A stretch of 60,160 nucleotides of DNA, filler included, from Basidiobolus ranarum (lineage: Eukaryota): the NCBI GenBank assembly GCA_040143965.1. It is 8 parts of 8 records of this genome, joined end to end, with 100 filler letters (N's around TTAATTAATTAA, not from the genome) between each part and the next. Parts side by side here need not be neighbours in the genome. Positions count along the whole stretch, not along the records: positions 52,748 to 60,160 come from JASJQH010001123.1; 7 more parts are not named here. One strand, 5' to 3'. Both the position numbers and the translations under genes were made by a program. Positions 52,748-60,160 of the stretch are shown here, one piece after another (within the stretch, counting starts at the first letter, position 1; the number at the start of each line of letters is the position of its first letter). The notes below the pieces were generated by a model. It had not been told where the DNA came from and searched no databases. It saw only the letters and a program-made list of their open reading frames with translations.

Positions 52748-53186
52748 TCTCAATCCTGCTGACTATGGATTATTCTTCGCCTCAGCCGGACATGCGACTC
52801 TATGGGATTACCCCACAGCTCGCGGTTTACAACATATTGCTGAGGATATTTACAAGCGCGGAGGTGTTGTCTCTGCCGTATGTCACGGACCCGCCATATT
52901 GCCTGGTATTATAGACAGTACCACTGGTAAATCTATTATCGCAGGCAAGACCGTGACTGGGTTTACTACAGAGGGTGAAGTTATGCTAGACTTACTTGAC
53001 ATCATTAAATCAGCCAACGTGGCAACCATCGAGGAGGGAGCAGCTGAGGTCGGAGCCAAATATGTAGCACCACCTACTCCATTTGCCGACTTTTCGCAAG
53101 TGGATGGCCGAGTTGTGACTGGTGCTAACCCAGCCAGTGCCAAATCTACTGCGGATAATGCCATCAAGGTATTCTTAAGTCTTTAA
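52748..53186 (+). CDS. HSP31: DJ-1/PfpI family glyoxalase III (Hsp31-like), 5'-partial
   Basis: DYGLFFASAGHATLWDYP, GGVVSAVCHGPA (catalytic Cys-His), GKTVTGFT, DGRVVTGANPASA. Confidence 0.9.
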
Positions 53187-53314
53187 GAAAAGCAATCTCT
53201 AGTATAATGATCCAATTCCAAAACTCCAATAGAAATAAAAAATATACATATATCCAAGTTAATTCGATTGCTTGCTATAATACATGTGAAAGTGGAATAT
53301 ATTACGAGAGTTGA

Positions 53315-53386
53315 CTTGCATTATGAATGAAATGGGATATTCAGACTCACCTTGCATTATGAATGAAATGGCAAATTAAGACTAAT
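53315..53386. repeat. 36-bp tandem duplication
   Basis: CTTGCATTATGAATGAAATGG at 53315 and 53351. Confidence 0.75.
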
Positions 53387-53828
53387 GGTTAATCAGACAA
53401 TGTTATTCAAATTAAATCACCAGGACCAAATCACTCATTAAAAACCAGACAAGTTCTTGATAAATAATAAATACAAACCAACATGTTTAGAACCAGTACA
53501 GTCCCATAATGGTTTAATGGCGTACGTGTGTACAGCAATAAATCTAGGGGCTGGACATGCTGATATTTACCTGTGTGCATTTCAAAACGCTGGCTCTCAC
53601 TCTCACTCACAATGATTTAATTGGTCGGCTCAATAACGAACTTTCTTATATGTTACATTTATTATTGGTAAATTGTGGAAACTTCCAACGACAAATAAAT
53701 CAATTATATAGTGACGTAGTGTTAAAAAGGGGAAAAAATTATTACTCCGAAGAATTAATGTGATTGAATGCCGATGGGTTTAGTGAGGAGGGAGGGAGAG
53801 GGGAAGGCCATCCCATTAGGTGATCTCT

Positions 53829-55020
53829 TTAATTAGAACTTTGCTCAGGTTTACGAGCAACAAATAGGAAAGAGGGAGTGAATAATTCACGAGAGCCTCC
53901 AACTTGAAGAGCACGGTTAGCTTCGTACAATAATTCCGAAACCTTGGTAGAGCCAGGAGCGGCAACTCCAACCTTTTCGAGTACAGTGACCATGTTCATA
54001 GTACACCAGGCGCCGAAAGAAGACATACGGAAGTTTGAGAAGGTAGATCCTTGTAACCACTTATACCATGGTTCATCGGTGGCCTTGGGGACAATAACAT
54101 CTTCATATTCAACAACTTCGAAGCCAACATTTTTAAGGGCTTGAAGGCACTCCTTGGTGGTGTACAAATGAGAAATACCATTACCCTCCTCGATAGCAAG
54201 AGCAATACGCTTGTGTTCGGGGTTGGTAGGATCATACTTGTCAGTCATACACCATTCGTAACAGGCATATTGACTTCCAGGCTTAAGAACACGGAAGATT
54301 TCACCATAGACATCCTCCAATTTACGAGCATGACAAGTGGCTTCGATACTGTACACGGCATCGAATGTGTTTTCATTGAGAGGGATGTTCAAGAAATCAC
54401 CCTTGACATAGTCAGTTAATTCTTGGAGATTGCACTTCTCACTGTAATTGCGTGCACGCTTGATTTGGTAATCATTGTTGTTCAAACCGGTAATGTGGGC
54501 ACCAGTGAAGCGAACCAATTCACGAAGAGGACCACCAACACCACAGCCAACATCCAAAACCTTCATGCCGGGCTTCAAGGCGAGCTTAAGACCAATGTAA
54601 TGCTCATGACGCTTGATAGAGTCCATGAACTTGTCACCTAGATAGTAAGTTACAGGTTAATTTCATTTGGAACTTGTACAATGCCGATATAGACAATCCA
54701 AATCTATTCTTACCTTTGAAAGCACGAGCGAAATGGAAGGATTCACACCATCCATACTCGTAGAAATCAGTGACTAGATCGTAGAACTTGTTGGTCAAGT
54801 AAGAGGCGTTGGCACGACGTTCTTCAACGTGTTCATCGTAGGTATCCAAGTTCTTTTTCTCGTCATCAGTCCAGTATTTATAGTATTCATCGACAGCATT
54901 TTTGTTGAGGGACTTGTCCTTGGTTGTCAATTTCTTTAGTAAATTACGCTCGTCAGAAACCAAGTTCTCACCATGATGCTTGATGGAATTTTCTTTATCT
55001 TGCTGAGCGGTGTTGGACAT
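53829..55020 (-). CDS. ERG6: Sterol 24-C-methyltransferase (exons 55020-54714 and 54637-53829)
   Basis: FYDLVTDFYEYGWCESFHFAR, VLDVGCGVGGPLRE, GLNNNDYQ, YSIEATCHA, IEEGNGI, LFTP. TATAAAAG upstream near 55090. Confidence 0.96.
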
Positions 55021-55801
55021 AGCAATGTGATATGATACAGTAACAAACAAGTTGATTAGTAACGAATTCCGAATCATCGCGTACTTTTATACGTCTGAAT
55101 TGAACCCCCAACATGACTGGTGACGAAATGGAACACCGCGCTGTGTTACACCAAATTAAGACATGAAATTTTCAGATAGACCAACTAATCGGGCAACTCT
55201 CAATTCTGCCTACGTAATTCCAAAATCCCATCTATTGATTGGGGACATTGACGGGTAAAAGTAGAAAAATTATGCGGAAATTGGATCATGCGTTTACCCA
55301 TTCCCATTCCCATTCCCTTTCCCCTTCCCCTTCTCCTTTATCATGTACTATTTAAGCAATACCAATTAAGAGTTCCACCCGAGTTTAACTTGGTGAAGTT
55401 TTCCCGCCAGCGAGGGCCATGCTTTTTTTTTCTTTCTACTCACCTACCGCAATTCCCTCAAACCACCAGTGTGGGGAAGTCGATCCATACAGTAAATTCA
55501 CGACTGCAGATCCGGCCCGTAAACTTCTTCGGGGGGTTTGATTTCCGAAAGGTTCATACCATTTCGGGCGGATGGAAACGGATGCACGCAGCTAATTCTT
55601 TTTTAGTCTTTGTCACTAGTTTGTGATACTTTCGGAAGATCTAGCCACTCTACGCTTTCATTGTTGTCGGATCTGATATTGACAAGAGTAATGGTTTCCT
55701 AAATATAGCTCGTAGTGGTGGTATCTTAACCATTAATGATGATGCGGTCATCGCCAGAATCCCCTTCTTCCTTATTGGTTAGTTATTGTAGCCTTGGATA
55801 C

Positions 55802-55858
55802 TGAATGCAGTTTGTGAGGTATTTTTCCATTATTGAATGCAGTTTGTAAGGTATTTTT
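55802..55858. repeat. 32-bp-period tandem duplication
   Basis: TGAATGCAGTTTGTrAGGTATTTTT at 55802 and 55834. Confidence 0.75.
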
Positions 55859-55967
55859 TAATAACAAGTATGTATTCCCAGCGAGCACTCCTCACTAGCC
55901 TTATTCATGATGCAGAAAGTTCTATGTGTACGAGAGATCCAAAAGGATCCAAATTCAGATAGGATTT

Positions 55968-58900
55968 TCAAGTTAAATGAATGGACAACTCTTTAAGGCT
56001 GCCGATTAATATCCAATGATCTTCCTCATTGACGCATACTTTAACCTGCTCTAAGATTTGACGAAGCACAATTTGTACTTGAGCAAATGTTTCATTCTGT
56101 TTGGTGTTAGAGATCATAGTGGTAGTGAGGAGGGTGATTAATCGTTTGATAATCTAAATATCGTATTTAAGTGTTAGGGTGAACGATATTGGTTATGTAC
56201 GTAACCTACTACTAACCTGTTGCTGTACCCGTTGTCTCTGGTAAGCTTCCAGTACCACTTCAGCCAACAAGAATGAAAGTTGTTGTATGATCATTTCCTC
56301 CGTATTATTGTCTGACCAATCTTGATAACGAGCTTCCCAGGGGAATTCACGTGATTCCAAATATTCATTCCATTTTTCTGAATTTATCACCTTAGTTTGA
56401 ACTAGCGTACTTGAATCCCACCACATTAGCAAAGCCCCTCCAAGAATCCAAGCCATTCCGGTACTCAGAACATGGAGATCAACATGAGATACTCCGTCAC
56501 TTGACAAGATGATAAGTACATCCAGAATTCTAACTATCCAATCCAATTGTTCGGATTTCTCCTGTGTGGTACTATAGAGTGTTTGAAGAATATAAAGAAA
56601 CATACGTCGTGTATCATTTTCCCGAAGAGTCAATGCCAGTTTGAGAATGTTTACGAGGGAGCTGACATTCTCTGCACGTTGAAGTTCGACCAATGTACAA
56701 ACAGAGAGCACGTATTTACGTGGATGGAGTGAAGTATCCGAGGAAAATCTATCAACATCTTCCAAAGTGAATAGACTACAGCGAACCATTTCTTTGATTA
56801 CCAATTCCTCATCCACTGTAGTAGGTTCAGATAGTTTCGAGTAAATTGGTCGTAGCAATCCTAACAAATCTTCATAAAGTCCGCTCACTTCACTATTGAC
56901 TTTAGTCGCATGGAGTGGATAGTCTTGAAGGTAGTCCCCAAGCGTGGTCAAGAATTGGCGTCTTAATATCTACGGAGGAGGAGAATTCCAATGGTTTAGT
57001 AAATACCCAATCACTATAAATCATATCTTACACATCATTCGAACGTTACCTGATCATCACGCATCTCAAACACCCCTCTGATTAATATCTCCACCAACTC
57101 GAGTATCCTCGATGCTGGCAATACTACCTTCTTGAGGTCAGCAGAAGCGCGTCGTTCTCTCTTCTCCCAAGTAATCTTTCCTTGAGCACACACCAAACCA
57201 CTAATATTGAGTAATTGTCCAAGCACTCTCGGTGAGAACAATAAAGTTTGTATCTCTGGATGGGTTTGATCAGCCACTGACTTTCGAGTGAGTGAAATAA
57301 GGAATTCCACCAATGAAGAGGAGTAAAGACAATGAGTAGCTGCGAATTGGATGGATTCTTTTTGAAGATCCAATGTAGAATGAGTAAGAGAATGAAGGGG
57401 ATACCAATTAACGGGTGGTATGGGTGATTCCAATTGAGTATATGAGCGAAGCAAAGTTAAAATACTTTTAGCAAGTTCTGGGTTGTGATTTGTCACCGAG
57501 AGTTCTAAATAAATTGGGTTTCTTATTAGTACGACAATATGAATATGAATGGAATGGGATGAAATTTACTGTTGGAAGACTCGGTCAATCCTTCGAATGC
57601 TGCACGTAAATAGCTAGTGGGCGCGGGAAATCTTGAATAGTCTGGTGGCTCAGTACTTACTGCACCTGCCATCACACTTTCAGTTTGTTTAACTGTAAGT
57701 TCATATACGACTCTTCCCAAGATGACTGCGGCGATTCTGGTTCCTTTGATATCTCCAATGACATCGTGATTTAGACCAGCGGTGGAGGATAATGTTTGAA
57801 GAATTTGAAGGACAATCTCGGGATTAATCTTGGAGATATTAATTCTCAAAGCATCCTGAGAATATGCAAAAAAGTCCATTCCTAGCAAAATACATAAAGA
57901 GATTACTGAGATCAACCGGTCATCCTTGGATGCGGTGGTGGCAATGCTCTGCATATTCATATTGATTTGAGAGTAAAAAGAAGGTAATGAAGAAGCGGAG
58001 GATTGACGTGATTGTACCAAAGAGTATAATAAATAGGCGTAACTCCATTGGGAATGTGAGTTGGAAGAAGGAAACTAGTCAAGAGGTTAGAACGATACAA
58101 TTTCAATAGATTCAGGGATAGAGTTAATGCCAACCTTCACTTTCGTAACATCTGCTGCTCTTTTTAACAAATTGAATACATCCGCTCGTGGGTTCTTGCT
58201 TCCGACTACCGCAAGAGTCCACAATGAGCTAGCAAGCAGAGAGTGGTCTTGAACATCAAAGTCCTCATTTAGGGTATCTTCCACGATACCAAGAGAACGA
58301 TTAAAGAATAAGTTGTGTATTTCGGGTTGTTCCGCTAGCGATCTTCCTAATCCAAAAATGATTCCAACATTCACGTTAGTCGAAAGCGTTCCGGGTGAGT
58401 AAATTCCATTGATCCAATGAAGTAGCTCTACTCGTAGATTCGCGGTGGATTCAGAAATAGAGGTTAAACTGTACAGCGAATCGATGATGATTCCCAACCC
58501 GTATCCACAGCCAAACTGGGCCCACTCTTTGTCAACACTAGAATAAAATAAGATAAGTACTGGGCTGGGCTGGGTGAAGAGGATGCTTGATCATTAGACG
58601 TACGTAGTTGGTGCTTGCAAGCCAGTGATTAAGAGTCTGGAGATTTCTAGCAACAGCTTTTCATCACTGGGTATCAGACTAGTTAGAATAGCAATGGATA
58701 TGTTGACCGAGAACAATATGTCATCTGTAACACTCTGAGATGTGGATTGGTCAATGATGTTGTTTTTGAAGTGGTCAATGATCAATCGAGTCTGGGTAGT
58801 AGCGGAGGAGGAGTTTAGGTTGTGCATGTTGCGGATAAGGCCTATATTGATTGTTAAGCTTTACTGCCATTTACATCATGAAATAACGAGTGGAATTACC

Positions 58901-60160
58901 TGTTAGCGCAGCAATAATATTACAGCTAGTCTTGGGCACTCTAGAATTCGCCAATCTCTCTAACAAATCAGCAACAAGTTGATTCATGACTATTTCCTTA
59001 TGCTTTGCCTCATGTGCCATATCAAAAGTCCCATCATTTTCAGTATCTTCAAACGTGGTGGAAAATAATGAGAACCAGGCCTCAAACACACTCAGTCGAG
59101 TGACTAGATGATCCGTTAGTGATATATCTTGAATTCCGTCGGTAAGGAATCTGTAGGGTTTGGAGCTTTTGAACGCATGATAGTCAGGGTACACCTGGGA
59201 GAAGGGGGCCTTCTCTTGGTCACTAATAAACCCGAAGCAGAATAGGGAAGCTAGTGCATAGCCAACGCGAAGTCCTGGTAACACCTTCCCACCTTCCCAG
59301 GCTTCGGTAAACTTTACACCGGAATGCGTCAACGACTCAAAAAGCTTCTCATTCCCTGAGGCGGTGCCTTTGTGACCTCCTTTCCCCATGGTTCCCTTGA
59401 ACATGGTTCGTCGCATGAACTGGATCTCATGTCGCATCAGTGTTAATAGCAATTCGTGGTAATCATTTGGAGCGTCCACAATTTGATCGACTAGTCGTCT
59501 AGGGGTATCTGGAAGAATAGGAAATATTTCTGATGGCTCGAATTTAGCCAAGCACGAAATGATGGCTTTCTGTAAGTCTTTGGGTGGCAGGGCCTCTCCT
59601 TCCAGGGGAAAGATTAAGGGTTTGATATAATCGAATAACAATGTATTCTTGAAAAGAACGAAATCCTCACTTCCTGTAGAGTAATAAGAAAGTGATTAGG
59701 TTGGATGTTGCATGGGCTGCTCGGTTGGATATTCAACATACCGTCACTTTGTTGAGCAACAATCGAATAAAATCCTGCAAGTTGGATCAAGACCAATCTG
59801 TCCATAGTCTCCATGGCCTTCTTTGCCACTGACGACAGGAGCACATTCCAGACTACGAATAGATAATATCACTAGTTAGACCGAAGACTTACAATCCTGG
59901 ACTCGGAATTTATATCATACCGGGTCTAGTCTCTGCTACACCGGCCTTGATGCATGCATTGATAGAGGCTAGGGCGAGACTCAAGCTTAGTGAGTTTAGA
60001 TTGGCATATTGAACCAACGATGATACCAATGGAAAGATCTCGTGACCATGTTCGTTGCTTTTATGTTTGCACACATCTCTTCAGAGAAAAGGATTAAATG
60101 AAAGGATCAAGAAGAAGGACCAAATAACATTTCTACATAATAGTGGATTCTATGGATGGA
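55968..60160 (-). CDS. Focadhesin/RST1-like large ARM/HEAT protein, multi-exon, 5'-partial
   Basis: Long helical exons with EPPDYSRFPAPTSYLRAAF and PIPPVNWYPL, motifs I associate with focadhesin C-termini. Last exon ends ...LSIHLT* at 55968. Confidence 0.7.

Overview
This is not one locus. It is eight unlinked ~7.4 kb contigs (1-7472, 7573-15018, 15119-22556, 22657-30088, 30189-37614, 37715-45132, 45233-52647, 52748-60160) joined by identical 100-bp artificial spacers (44 N + TTAATTAATTAA + 44 N). The DNA is eukaryotic and fungal: AT-rich, with many short GT-AG introns, a Chs4/Skt5 chitin-synthase activator and ERG6. RSPRY1-, focadhesin- and CREG-like genes suggest an early-diverging fungus (inference). 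Host genes: TAF1, EFR3, a Mig1/CreA-type zinc finger (partial), a LEA_2-like membrane protein, Chs4/Skt5, a Rab5-subfamily GTPase, a ZIP transporter (partial), a CREG-like protein, a tandem 12-Cys-repeat membrane protein, an orphan gene, a Myb protein (partial), RSPRY1, a PAS protein, a WRN/EXD2-like exonuclease (partial), Hsp31 (partial), ERG6 and focadhesin (partial). Much of the rest is decayed transposon DNA. It includes Ty1/copia elements with a half-tRNAiMet primer site, nested, tandem and inverted solo LTRs, Ty3/gypsy relics, a PIF/Harbinger-ISL2EU-like transposase pseudogene and a two-copy MITE. The copia and DDE relics are strongly CpG-depleted while genes are not. I found no clearly new multi-gene system. 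The best leads are the 12-Cys repeat membrane protein, the MITE/transposase pair and the TE-restricted CpG decay. All calls are by eye; no database searches were run.
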